NCBI GenBank assembly: GCA_047495785.1
Contig: JBLDXI010000034.1
Location: 992,001 to 1,056,000 of the forward strand
Origin: Lepidodermella squamata
Taxonomy: Eukaryota > Animalia > Gastrotricha
Direction: 5' to 3'
Length of the DNA: 64,000 nt
Shown here: in pieces, positions 13,810 to 25,743 of the stretch
How the letters are laid out: each line of letters starts with the position of its first letter
How positions within the stretch are numbered: position 1 is the first letter of the stretch
Program-made: the position numbers and the translations under genes
The notes under the pieces: generated by a model
The model's input: the letters and a program-made list of their open reading frames with translations, nothing else
What the model was told of the DNA's origin: nothing
The model's database searches: none

Positions 13810-15295
13810 TTTTAGAAGAGATAAAGGCTTAGTAATGCAGACGCCGTATGAAAGACTAATCTCTCTAACTTGCTATGTTATCAGTAGTGTTGTGTTTTAT
13901 CGTTTTAAAAAGAAAAGAGCTTAGGTTTCTGTTCAAGTTGACCAAACACGCATCAACTACATTAACTACAAGTGACTGCCCTGATTTGGAAATAAGGGAA
14001 TACTCTATGGCAAACCATGGAGAAATATAATTTCCCCCGATCTGGAACCCTGAGCGAGTTCGGCGCAGCCAAACGGGGTTCCAGAGAGCTTTGGTTTCCT
14101 AACATTCAAGTATGTCTCTAGACTATGTTCTCATGGACTATGTGGCGTCGTAAACCTAATCTAAGAAATAAGTAGAATAGGACACAGATTCTACTCTTTT
14201 CGCATGATCGCGCGTGTAGCACATGACGCTTTTAGTCCGTTCGAAAAAGAGTCGAACCAACTTCTTCCAGGCCGGACTTGAAAGCACACCCCAGAGAGCC
14301 CTGGCGAAAACACTAACTACTAACTTACCCATTTGCGGCTAGATATTATTAGAAAAGGAAATAAAGCTTTGAGACTCAAATTTCCAGGTGGAATCGATGT
14401 CGCGAAGTCATGCCTGTAGAAGGAAAGTTTGGTTGTTAAGAAGTAATTTGAAAGGTTTACTTAATGCGAGTGAATCTCTTGCATCTTCCCATACCCATTA
14501 GAGACAATCCTAATCGGACTGCGGAGAGTTATGTGGCCTTCAACTCCGAAACAGGATTCCCGATACCTAAAATCATCGACGGCAACATGTATCCAACTGT
14601 TCAAGTACTCCTAAAATGCCCGCAACTGATTCATCTCACAATAAAGCACCAGACGTTGGAGCAAAGATCTATCTAAGATTCGAAGTCGATCGGCTCAGTT
14701 CAGCGAGAGCTCATGCAAATTGTCATAACATTGACTTCCCTCCCTCTAGTTTAGCTAGACAATATTCTCGCTACTGAATGGCGAAACACAGCGGAGAACT
14801 ACTGAGAAAAGTTGAACAAGGGACGTTGCATGCTGTTTTACGTGGGAATACATCTAACTACTTGGTGACTACGACGCTTCTGTTGAGGGAGATCGCACCC
14901 CCACCTACGACTCTTAGGCATGCCAAAGCCATAGAGAACGTTGTGATCACTTCGTTCTCTATGGCCAAAGCATGTTAGGATGTTATAACGAGGCCTTGCC
15001 AAATGACCTTACACTGCATGCTGTTGCCATGTCATATTAGGCCTGTGTGACCATATTCAAAGGAAAAAGGAGATCTACACATCTTTATTCATCGCAGTTG
15101 TTCATATAATATTTTTATATTAATTATAATGCTAAGGAACTTTTTTAATGCAGATGAAAAAATGGCTTTTAATTACATTTGGTTAAGTCTCGTAGTCAAA
15201 ACAAAGTAACTACTACACAAGGAAGCTTTCACCGTTGTTTACAATCAAATTTTCCTTGTGCTTCATATTACGATTACCTAAAACCGCTTGAAAAT

Positions 15296-15682
15296 ATGCA
15301 TTGCCTTGTAGCAGTAGTTCTATGTGCCCTCGTAACTTTTATTTCAGCCTTGAAATCGGGCGACGAAATTGTGGTGCTCAGCAATGCGATTCGGCTCTAC
15401 CTTAACAAAGAGTACGCCGAGGCCTACGCTGAAGGCATGCGGGCCAAGGCCATTATTGATGAGCTGAAAGCGAAAAGCCTGCCGGTTTATCAACCCGAAG
15501 AAGATGTCATATACTCTATGGCCCAATCAGCTGCTGGAGTGGGCGAGTTCACAATGGCTGCTAAATTGCTACGCGAGCTTTTGCAATCGAACTTGGCACC
15601 GACGAGTAACGAGCTTTACGAGAGGCTGGCTAAAGATTACGAATACAAGGCGCAGCAGGCTAAAATAATCAGAGAACTTTGA
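15296..15682 (+). CDS. Small secreted helical (TPR-like) protein, about 128 aa
   Basis: Signal-peptide-like MHCLVAVVLCALVTFISA followed by helical sequence including YSMAQSAAGVGEFTMAAKLLRELL. Confidence 0.6.
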   Translation: MHCLVAVVLCALVTFISALKSGDEIVVLSNAIRLYLNKEYAEAYAEGMRAKAIIDELKAKSLPVYQPEEDVIYSMAQSAAGVGEFTMAAKLLRELLQSNLAPTSNELYERLAKDYEYKAQQAKIIREL

Positions 15683-15850
15683 ACAGCACAGCAATTTTTA
15701 TATTACGCTAAAACACAATTTTAATTTATGCAAAACTTGATGCACGTAATAATATTCACACAAATCATTGCATTAAATATTCGATTACCATACCAAGTAC
15801 TTCAGAACAATTCCATATTCACAAATTCCCAGGCTTAATTACTAACTAAC

Positions 15851-16038
15851 TGCTGTTATGACGGTCTGCCGCAGACCGTCATAATAGCAAATACCCAAAA
15901 CAGCAAACGCGACAAAACAGCAACTTTTTCATCTTGCGACATAACAGCAGAAACACTATGCATCTATTTCACGTAGTAAGTTTTCGCTGTTTTGTCGCAT
16001 TCGCTGTTTCGCGAAGTTGCTGTTTTGTCGCTGTACCT
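15851..16038. repeat. Palindrome (19-bp arms, 1-nt loop) plus inverted CGACAAAACAGC repeats; probable MITE remnant
   Basis: tgctgttatgacggtctgc-c-gcagaccgtcataatagca at 15851-15889 (1 mismatch), then cgacaaaacagc and gctgttttgtcg repeats up to ~16035. Confidence 0.6.
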
Positions 16039-16356
16039 GAAAATCCGTACACTAACAGTTGAGTAAAATAAGTTGATTTACAAATCTACCTCCAGATTCC
16101 TATAAAATGACGTTGTTTTACTAACTAGGGGTTTTTTCAACAAATAATGTTGATACCTAATTTTCGAATGGATTTTTTTTGCTGGCCTCAACAGGTTTCG
16201 TTGTCAGTCGCGCCGGAGTGTTGCAGTTACATCGCCAGTGAAGTATTAGTTTATTGAAAAATCAAAGTTCCGTCCAGCAGACAGGCGTTTTGAAAACATA
16301 GCAAATCGATAGGCCATCTCACCCTACGTTCATAGTTCAGTTTTTCATTTCTTTAA

Positions 16357-16676
16357 AAAGGGTGTGACTTTTTTCATCCGACCAATGTCTCATTTCATCC
16401 GACAACCAAAAATGTGACTAAAATCATCCGACATGAAGATATCGATTTTCTCAATTTTCCCGAGTTCGATTTTTCTGGAGGGGCATACCCCTTTTATGCA
16501 CCCTATTTTCGCCCCTGAACCGGCAGAATTTTATGGTGAAAGATTCATGACGATCCGAGTTGTCACTTTTTTACTATAATTTTTGAAAATATGAACACGT
16601 AAGCCGGCAGGTTTTAGTCACATTTTAGGTTGTCGGATGAAATAAGACATTGGTCGGATGAAAAAAGTTTTCCCCT
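16357..16676. mobile_element. MITE with ~65-bp terminal inverted repeats flanked by TTAA (Kolobok-like)
   Basis: The left arm acttttttcatccgaccaatgtctcatttcatccgacaaccaaaaatgtgactaaaa is mirrored at ~16612-16668. TTAA occurs at 16353-16356 and 16677-16680. Confidence 0.8.
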
Positions 16677-17505
16677 TTAAAAAGTGATAATTCTCTTGAA
16701 ATTGTGCAAATTATGGCATAGCTAGCTGTCATTATTGCTGTTGTAAGGATTGGTCAGAGAGCGAAGTAGGACAGCCGAACTGGGATGGTTGGGTTACCCT
16801 GACGGTTACCTGGCAGACGAATCCTATGAATTCATCCTGATAAATCGATATTCAAAAACTAGGGTGATTGAAATTTTAAGTGAAATCAGAACCTGATGCG
16901 AACTATGCACCCAAAAGCCTAGTTTGGCATACTGTTGTCGATTTTCCGACTATGCATTCTCTTCATTTGCCCGAAAATTCAAGAATTGGACTTTTTTGCT
17001 TGGCTGAAAAAACTCGGCCGTGAAAGGGTTAAGCATTCAATTGTAATTACCACATCCATTACCATTCGAATGGCGCAGTTTAAAAGCAGCTAATGTAATT
17101 CTTGTACGCAGCCAGTTCTCATGGGTGGACTTTCTCAGCTGCCTTAGCTTTAAAGAAGACTATCATCCCCCAGCTCGGCCAGACCGGAAAAGACATAATG
17201 AAAATGTATTCCACTGTCTTGTCAACTTTGAGAGGTTTTGGAGCGTGTTTTACTGGAAAATCTTCAACATTCCTTCAACTCTCCTTCAACAAGTTTTGGC
17301 AAATACAGCAAAAATGTGTACAGGCCTGTACTGACAGCTCCAGGATCCAAGATCGCACCCTGTCTACTACGCCGGACTTTAAGAGCATAAGCTTACTCCT
17401 TTCGAGGCCTAGCAAAACACTTGCTTCACCCGTAATTTATTCTCACTATAACCCGATTCTTGACATCTGGCATCATCTGCTCTTGTCCCATGCAATCTCT
17501 ATGCT

Positions 17506-18099
17506 TCAAAGCTTGAAGATGCCAAAGTCGCTCGGGGCCGGCATTTTGCTCTCTTCGCACTTCCAGTTGAGGTTGCACATCTGGCTGACCCCTGAAAAGG
17601 CGAACGCTTTGCATTTCTCCTTGTCGAGGAGGCAAGCCGTGGCGCAGTCAGCAAACGTTTGCATGCCTGGTCCGCGAATTTGTACGTAGACGGCTGCGCA
17701 GGCGTATGGCACGCTTTTGAACTTGGTCAGGTCTGAAATGGTTGGAATTTTTATTATTTGTTTTCGCGAATCCTCCGGCAATTTTCACTTACTGAGATCT
17801 TTGCGGAACATTTGGAAGTCAGCGGCCACAGGGACAGTCGATACATTACAGGTTGGGTGGTGGAGGCAAAAGTTCAGTTTAGCGTTGTAAGCGAAGCCTT
17901 GGCATTTGTCGCCGGCGAACGTGCAGCCAATTTCACAGGCGCGTTGATTCACCACATTGGTCTTGGTGCCGAATGAGTAACAGCCGTATTTCAGTTGCTG
18001 GTAGTCCGGAGTTGGCTTTGGTGCAGTTGGAACTGTTGTCGAAGCCAAGTTTACAATAGCAGTGGCTAGCACAGTGGCGATGATTAGCTTGCCGAACAT
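17506..18099 (-). CDS. Secreted protein with two PAN/apple-like domains; 2 exons (18099-17793, 17732-17506)
   Basis: Signal peptide MFGKLIIATVLATAIVNLA, then two copies of C-x3-C-x6-C-x2-F-x-(Y/F)-x6-C-x-L. A 60-nt phase-1 GT-AG intron joins the exons in frame. Confidence 0.85.
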
Positions 18100-18867
18100 G
18101 TTTTCAAGTGAATGAGAAGAAATTAAAATACAATTAGACAGAAAATGAGTAGAATGATATGGAAGCGAAAACTTGAACACCAGCTCGAGTTATTAGTCCA
18201 GCTGCAGTGGAGCTCGGCTTCGCCACGTGAAGCTGGTCCTCCTCTCACCTACGGCGCGAATTGAGTGCAAATAATGTCATTTTGCACTCCGTTCTCTTAA
18301 GTTTTCCAACCTTGCGTACAATAAAACATTAGTAACGATAGCAATTTATTCAAATTGTGAAATTGATTCGATTTTCCAATATAAGAACTTTCCCGCATAA
18401 AATCGATTTACACTAAATAAATCTGTGGCTTCCAGCTAGGGTTTTATTACCCATCCAAAATAGTTGCACAGCCCTTCTCTGAATCTTTTTGCCATCCAAC
18501 AATGAGTTAGAACATTTTGGCATAAGAAAACAAGGTAGACGAGCAGGCTTCCAAAGTGACTCAAAGCCAGCATATATGGGTGAAGCGATTGCACCAATCG
18601 CCGAAAAATAAGGAAATAGGTTAGCCACATTGAAACTTTCAGATAAAGATCCTGCGGTAGTCGACCAAGGCAATGCTCAACCTTATATTTGTACAATACG
18701 AATTTTTATTTCTGATTATTTCAATTTAAGATCGATCTGGATACTCGCACAATCACTGAGAAAATTCCACTGATACAGTCTAAATGTTGAGATTGCAAAC
18801 AATAGCTGGCTCATTTATGCTGCAATTTTGTGGTCCATCTGATTGTGTGGCTTTGTATCGTAGAAAA

Positions 18868-19062
18868 ATGGCTGATATGATTAGCAGCCTGCCTTGTGAA
18901 ATCAGGTCGAACATATATTTCTTCTCCTTCCTAACCGACTCATTTTCATCAATTGTTCATTGGTTTGCAAACGGTATTTTCTGAAAATTTCCCATTTCCA
19001 TTATTTTAATTCCATTTATTCTTCTGTTCTAATGTTAATCATTTTTAGCTGTCTTTCAGTGA
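18868..19062 (+). pseudogene. Isolated F-box exon 1 and intron remnant of the F-box-ankyrin family
   Basis: MADMISSLPCEIRSNI...LLLPNRLIFINCSLVCKR|GT with a 2-nt TA insertion that shifts the frame. Homology ends shortly after the exon-2 acceptor. Confidence 0.75.
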
Positions 19063-19610
19063 CTTGGCACGCCATTGTGGTGACAGTTACAATGACAGCC
19101 TTTGACTACGGACGAACTGATACTCAGGTGAAATATAAGGGTTTTTCAGTTTTCTACAAAAAAGCTGATGGTTATGATAAAATCGTAATTTGTTGTAGTC
19201 AACTTTTTGTTAGAAGTATGGAGACTCGCAATTCTGGAAATATGACCCCGCTTGTCTTGGAACTGGCACCACTTACGATTTCGAAATTTTCAAAAATTGT
19301 ATCGATCACGGGGCTGAACATACGGTATTTGTCAATTAATTGCTTCTGATTCAATTATGATTCAATTCAATTCTGATTCAATGATTCAATTCACTACATA
19401 CTCGTGGAACTTTAAATCACGGACAGTGTATCTTTTATTTCGAGCAGGAACATTTAGTATGATGCAAGACTTATATTAGCGTGGGATCACAACATATCAA
19501 TTACGGCCGAATCTTCTAAATATCGTTAATGAATCTTGTTAATGTTAGTTAATTAATGTTCTAGACTTGTTAATGTCAATGTTGTTGCATCGTGGTTTCA
19601 TGAAGCGTCT

Positions 19611-22510
19611 TCACTGAGGCAATCGCTCACACAGGCCGGGGTATGAGAGGATGCACCAAGATCGTTGAAGGGAACCACCAGAAAGAACAACACCTATGAA
19701 GCAAGAGAAAAATATATAGAGCAGTGATTTGTGACTTTTGCATTGCTAACAGGTTGACGTTTCGATTGCATCGCCGGTTATACTGAACAGTGATCGGTTG
19801 AATGGCTCGCCCGATATCCATCTGTAGTCATTCAAGTTCCGCCACTTCGCCCCAACGTATGCATAACTGACTTTGGCAAACGCGGCCGCCGCTGTCGCCT
19901 GGTCCTTGATAGAAAGCAGTGTCAATCCTTGGCTAGCGCAATAATTCGCCTTTTCGTCGCGTGTGCCAAAAGAAAAGGAAGCTATCATGTTGGCCGATGA
20001 CTAAAACATTATTATTAAAATCGGCCAGAGACAAAGCATGCCAAACTTACAGTGCCACAAAGACCCGGATTCTGACCACTGCAAGCCGAATCCGCCAGGG
20101 TTCCAACTTGGTTATATGTATACGCGCCTGTAATACAGCATTTTGTCTGTAATGCGCACCTTTTTAAGTAAAATTAGAATGGTCCCATTTGTTGTGGTTT
20201 TCGTGTTCAAATAGATAAAACATCCCGAAAGAAATGTAAATAAATTTACCCATGGCATCAACGGATTGAGTGTAACTGGGTTTGTGATCAACCCGATAAC
20301 CCGATATAAAGGGCAAAATAACTAACACGGGCCAGAGTTTGTCAGGTGGAACGTCAGGTTGATGACGGGGGTACCATCCTCCCATGTAAAATCCGGAAGC
20401 AGTCCAACGTAGATCTTAGCGGCGGCATTAGCAACCAGCGTTGCTTCTGCTAGATCGGCGGGCGATGAAAACGTTGCTATACGGCCGCCTTCGCTCTTGC
20501 ACTGATCACGCTGGTGAACATACCATCCGGATTGTCGATTGGATATGAAATAACGCGGTTTAAAGTCATTCATGCACGATGCGTAGTTCTCAGCAAACTT
20601 CTTCGAGCCGGAAAACGTTTTCACCTGAAGTTAAATTACATCTGAGAAAGGGAATATCAGCCGGAATTTGACGCTCACCCAAGTTGAACCGCCCGGGCAA
20701 ATGTTGTAGCATCTCTTGCCGTCCGGCGTATCGCATTGAGAAGCATACTTAAAAAAGAAAAACCATTATCAATAATTGAACTTATTCATCAGTCCCTGTA
20801 AAGGTTTTGATACTGTGAGGTTCGACAATTTTGATAAATAAATGAAAATACAACAATCAGTTCGCTCACCCATGATAGACAGTTAGCTTTGTTTCTGTAG
20901 ACGCCAGTTGAATACTCGTCGGTTTCATTGGCGATGCAACGCGAGGTGCTCAATCGGCAGGCGGTGAATTCTCGAGTGACAGCGTTGAAGCAGCGGATGT
21001 GCGGCTTCACTGAATCAGCGGCATCGCCTAAGTGTATAAACAGACGAAGTACACACGAAAAAATGTGTCCGAATTCCTGATTATTAAAAGGTGTTCTATC
21101 ATCCGAAATCTTTGAAACTTTTCATAGAAACGGTTTCGTCATAAAGATAGGTGAAAAAATAATGCAATCCGAATTGAACTCACTGCTAGCGCTCTTCAGG
21201 CAGGCATCCAAACTCGAAAATCCTGTCATATTTTTGCTCTGTATAAGTTTAAAATGAAATGAAAAATTAAAATAGAAACAGTTTGATACTCACCCCGCTA
21301 GGGCAAGAAAATTCGCTGGGCACGCAAGTGAAAAACTGCTGATCAACACACGAGTCGAATTTACGATTCTGTAAATGAAACATTATTGATATTCAGGAAT
21401 AAATTATAATAAAAAAAGAAGAATCATCAACCGCGAACGAGTTGAAGTCGTTGACGCAAGCCGCCAGATTTGTTTTGAACGGGAATGCACCGTTGTAGGA
21501 TCCGCCGACCTTGAATATATTGAAACAGAAATAGAAACATTTAGAAAATTGAAATGGATTATATCAGTGCTAGTTTTATGGCGAAAATTCCGTTGTTTAA
21601 ATCCAAGCACCATTTACCGTATTTTACGAATTTTTAGGCAGGAGCCAAATAGAGGGCAGAACCGGTGTGAAGGGCGAGGCGTAATGGTCATTTGAAATAG
21701 GGCAGAACCGTATTAATAGGCAGGGCCTTGTATGAAGTGGCTTACATGAGCGCCTGATTGTTCATCAGTAAGTGCAATAATTGTCCTTTATCCACCTTAA
21801 TCCACTTGAGCAACACTTCAAGAGTGTAGATCCGATCTGTTTTCGATGGGCTGAGCCTATTTTCAGATTGGAAATGCCCAAAAAAGCGTCAGCTAAATCT
21901 CGCTAAAAACATATCACTCCCCCCCCCTCTTCCCAAAAAAAAACAATCCTGGCAACGCCACTGGAAGAAACTGGAAATATTAATTGAAAACACACAAATT
22001 TTCTCAGGGTTGAGGGCTTAAGTCGGTTCGAAAACATTGAGCATCGACTAATTTACCCGTCCCGAGATAATCGACGTACCTAATTTATGAGAAATTAATT
22101 AAAGCCCCGTTTGCAATCCCTAAAGATGTAAACGAGCGACATCTCGATGATTCAGGAACTAACCATGACTTCAGTTGTTTTGCCACACCCAGGGCTTCCT
22201 GGCCGACATGTTGCTGCATAGGTATCGAATTTGTAGCACAGCCTAGCAGTCTATTTGGGTAATACATATAAAAGCCGAATAGCTTAATTATAAAATCTCA
22301 CCGCTTTCAAACAACTGCTTGCATCAGGAAGGCTGCTTCCGACCTTTCAAAGGAACAAAGAAATCAAATAGGCTATCAATTTATTCCGAACTAACTTGAT
22401 ACTCGCGGAATTGCTGGCAGCCGCTCGGCAGTTCGCGGCAATCGGTGAATTTGTCGTCGAATTGGGAGAAGCAGCGAGCCCACTCGCCGCAAAACACCGA
22501 TTCCATAGCG
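19611..22510 (-). CDS. Multi-exon Cys-rich-repeat / double C-type lectin protein, paralog B (first exon not located)
   Basis: Exons encode RCFSQFDDKFTDCRELPSGC, TARLCYKFDTYAATCRPGSPGC, KPHIRCFNAVTREFTACRLS, DQCKSEGGRIATF..FTWEDGT, YCASQGLTLLSIKD..YRWISGEP and GLCERLPQ*. The order is colinear with the gene at 1-3013. Confidence 0.8.
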
Positions 22511-23860
22511 GCTAAGCACATAATAGTTATTGTTACTGTTTTCCGCATTTCGGTTTAAAGCAGAAGATATAGGTAAATCACTTGAAAATTAAAAATTGAA
22601 AATGTGAATGATTTGAAAGAAAAACACTGATAAGAAAAAACACCAGCATCACACGTGCGTCCGTTACGTCACGGACTGTTTTTCTCCCTGGTATTTTTTA
22701 AAACGCAATTTGAAGCTGAACAACAAACCCCGTACAGCTCGTGCCATTTTAGGTTGTTTTCATGCCCTAAAAACCAGACATTTATTTACATTTTGACAAG
22801 ACTTCATTCGACCTATTTTTTACCGATATGAAAGTGCCTTGGCCATGCCCAGTGTGCGACATTGCAGATCATCACCCAGCTCAGCCAGCAGCCAGGCCAA
22901 ACGACAAAATGCGAATTGATGCCACTGTTTCGTTAATTTCGAGAGGTTTTGGAACGTGTTTTAGTGGAAATTCTTCAAAATGTTCTCGCTTCGCTCGGCT
23001 TTTAGCTGAAATGATTAGCCGATTTGGCAAAAACAACAAAACAAGTTGTGCCCATCTCCGGCAGCCCGGGATCCAAGATCGCACTCTGGCCATGCCGATT
23101 ATTTTGAAGAGCATTGCAATTCTATTCCGTGTTAATTTCATGCCGGTTATTCCTTAATCGTGATTTATTATGATTTATCATCACCAGACGGAAGTAAAAT
23201 TTTCTTTTCACGAACCATTCTTTTCATCGAATTGCTTGACCCACGCTCGACAGTTTTTCAATCAGATTTGTGGCAAATTTTATAGCAAAAGCTGTCAACC
23301 GCGAGTTTTTTTAAGCATCAAAGTTATTCCCTAATTTCAAGGGAAAAAATCTCACTGATGCAAGCTGAATCTGGACACGCCGTTGCAACTTTTGAGGCTA
23401 GCTGACAGACTTATCAATGTTTTCGAATTCATACTAAGCGCTACTCAGCGCAAACAAGGAGAAAACGATTTTAATGGTTTTTACCAAGTGTTTATTTTTC
23501 TCCATTTTTTCAAACGAAAAATACCGCCACCTTCACAAAGTCCCCCATCTGGACTCTGGAGGGTCTTCGCGAAGTACTTAATAGACTGAGAAGACCCTAA
23601 GGTTCTCGCACAATTTTTTTTTCTTACGCATTTTTTCTTACGAAAACCTTACGCGCACAGCGAATCGCATACACCCACCAGGTCACAAACTGATTTCTTT
23701 TTTCGGCGTATGTAATTTTTATTGCTCCGTCAAGTCGTCGAAAAAAGCGATGGCTTTATTGAGACGAACTCTTGACGCTCTTCCAAATTATAGTTATAAT
23801 TACATATAAATTATTATTACTTTGAAATGTTTCAAAGAAAAGCCTCCTTTAGACCGGATG

Positions 23861-25453
23861 TTAGCAGATTTTTGACTGCGAATCGTTTCGTTTGAATTCC
23901 TTGAATTCAACTGGCGACTCGCGATCGGCAGCTCTTTTTCCGAAGCTCCACTCTCTGATATCCAGCACTCCAAGGCCGATAGCTGCTGCCAACGGAATAA
24001 CGCAAATCAAAGCATTCAAAAAGAAAACATAACCTCGAAACAAATTAGACTCGACATCCGTACCATCGCTTAGAGTTGCCCGGTAGATCGAGTTGAAAAA
24101 GACACTGCTAGCTAACATTGACAAGCTCTCGATGACGCCCATAACGGAAAATACCCGGCCATGGTCAGATTTCGGCGTTAACTTCGACACGCCAGATTGG
24201 AAGGCTATATTCGGGAATGAATCGAACATATTGACAACAGCGAACAGCCAAGGCACATATTTTGGGTAGAAAGAGCCGAAGCCCATAACGATCATGGCCG
24301 AAATTCGGCTAATGAAGCCGACAACAACAAGACTAGCGTCGGAAATCGATACAAATCTCTTGAAAATCGGGACAAGGCACAACAATGAAAATCCGAAAAT
24401 TGCGAAGTATACTGCGACGAAAATCGACATTTCGAAATCATCCATCGAAATTGGGTTATGGGTGAAATACGAGTAAATGACGCCGTGCAGTGGGTAATAA
24501 CCGGCACAAATCAATGATACCATATACGCAGCCATCATTGCCAATCGGTATTTATCCGCATCTGTTTGTATGAAGCAAGCCGTTTTAAACGAATCGAAGA
24601 TCGCATTGCAGGGGGAACACAGAAAACGGAACCAAGACCCGTTAGCTTCATGTTGGACCCTATTCCTTATCTCGGCAATAGTTCTCAGCTCTGGGACGAA
24701 GAAGACGGTGCAGAAGATCGCTAGAGAGTGGACACCAACTTGAACAGCGAAAGCTAACTCATATTGGCCATTTTGGAAAACTGTTGCGTTAAGAATTGCC
24801 CCGACCAGCAAGCCAAGGTATGAAGAGGCCGAGACGAAACTCAATCGAACAGTCCTAGTTTCCTCAGTTGTGATACTGCTGATATAGGAATAAGCGGCAG
24901 TCATTTGTGTTGCCCAAGCTCCGACCATACCCGGTAGAAACCCGACGAAACCAAGGTAGACAGGATTCACAGTTGAGTAGCCTTTTGTAAGGCCGTAGCA
25001 TAGAAAGGAAAGGGACCCTAGCAAACTGCCGAGATGACCAAGCGCCATAGGCCATCTATGCGAGAAACGATCACACCAAATGCCGAAAATCATCGCTACC
25101 ACTATAGATACAGGCCAAATCGATAGTGACAAAATGACGTTGAAAACTGCAAAGCTGGTTTGAACATCATTTTCCTCGTGAATTGATTGCGACAGTTTCA
25201 CAATATGAGTGCATAGATTCTCGTCATTGTACTTGTGAAGGCAGATTTGGCGATAGACGAATTGCTGACCGGCTGTTTCAGAGATTCCAATAGCGAAGAA
25301 GTAAAGGAAAATTGGAATTTCGACACTGATGAACGGCAACTTCTTAACAATTGGCTGTTGGTCATGTTTCCTGCTGATCTCGTCATCTAAATCGATAGTA
25401 GTAAGGCGCTCAGGCTCTTCGTCTGAATTAAACAAATGGTTGACTTTGGCCAT
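23861..25453 (-). CDS. SLC46-family MFS transporter, copy 2 (intronless, 530 aa)
   Basis: Full-length ORF with about 12 TM segments and the same motifs as copy 1 (GIWCDRFSHRWP, SYISSIT..TRTVRL, SGVSKLT..DHGRVF). Confidence 0.9.
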   Translation of the reverse strand: MAKVNHLFNSDEEPERLTTIDLDDEISRKHDQQPIVKKLPFISVEIPIFLYFFAIGISETAGQQFVYRQICLHKYNDENLCTHIVKLSQSIHEENDVQTSFAVFNVILSLSIWPVSIVVAMIFGIWCDRFSHRWPMALGHLGSLLGSLSFLCYGLTKGYSTVNPVYLGFVGFLPGMVGAWATQMTAAYSYISSITTEETRTVRLSFVSASSYLGLLVGAILNATVFQNGQYELAFAVQVGVHSLAIFCTVFFVPELRTIAEIRNRVQHEANGSWFRFLCSPCNAIFDSFKTACFIQTDADKYRLAMMAAYMVSLICAGYYPLHGVIYSYFTHNPISMDDFEMSIFVAVYFAIFGFSLLCLVPIFKRFVSISDASLVVVGFISRISAMIVMGFGSFYPKYVPWLFAVVNMFDSFPNIAFQSGVSKLTPKSDHGRVFSVMGVIESLSMLASSVFFNSIYRATLSDGTDVESNLFRGYVFFLNALICVIPLAAAIGLGVLDIREWSFGKRAADRESPVEFKEFKRNDSQSKIC

Positions 25454-25521
25454 TTTTCATATATTATAGGAATTATTTCTCAACTTCATAAGAATCATGT
25501 GAGATGGAAAGGCTTTGTGGG

Positions 25522-25678
25522 TTCAGCTGCGAACATTTTTCATGCTTTATTCTCAAAGTTATTCATCTATATTGCACTTTGTTTTGTATTAGTCCTATAG
25601 CATGAAAACTCCACTCGTTCTCGTCCAAACCAACAGAGACTAATAGCGATACCAGGCAAAGCCCAGGATTGAAGAACT
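25522..25678 (-). pseudogene. Degenerate 3'-end fragment of an SLC46 copy
   Basis: Aligns by eye with 27671-27848 (shared catgctttatt, ttgtattagtcct, aactccactc, ggcaaagcccag.attgaagaa) and contains indels. Confidence 0.7.
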
Positions 25679-25743
25679 TTGGCATTTAAACAGACAGCTC
25701 GAAGACTTTCTGTAGTATTCTTCATTTCCGCAACTTTGAGCAA

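Noticed and set aside
14464-14978. Short ORFs at 14464 and 14778
   Set aside because: No motifs, paralogs or splice support; probably decayed repeat or non-coding DNA.
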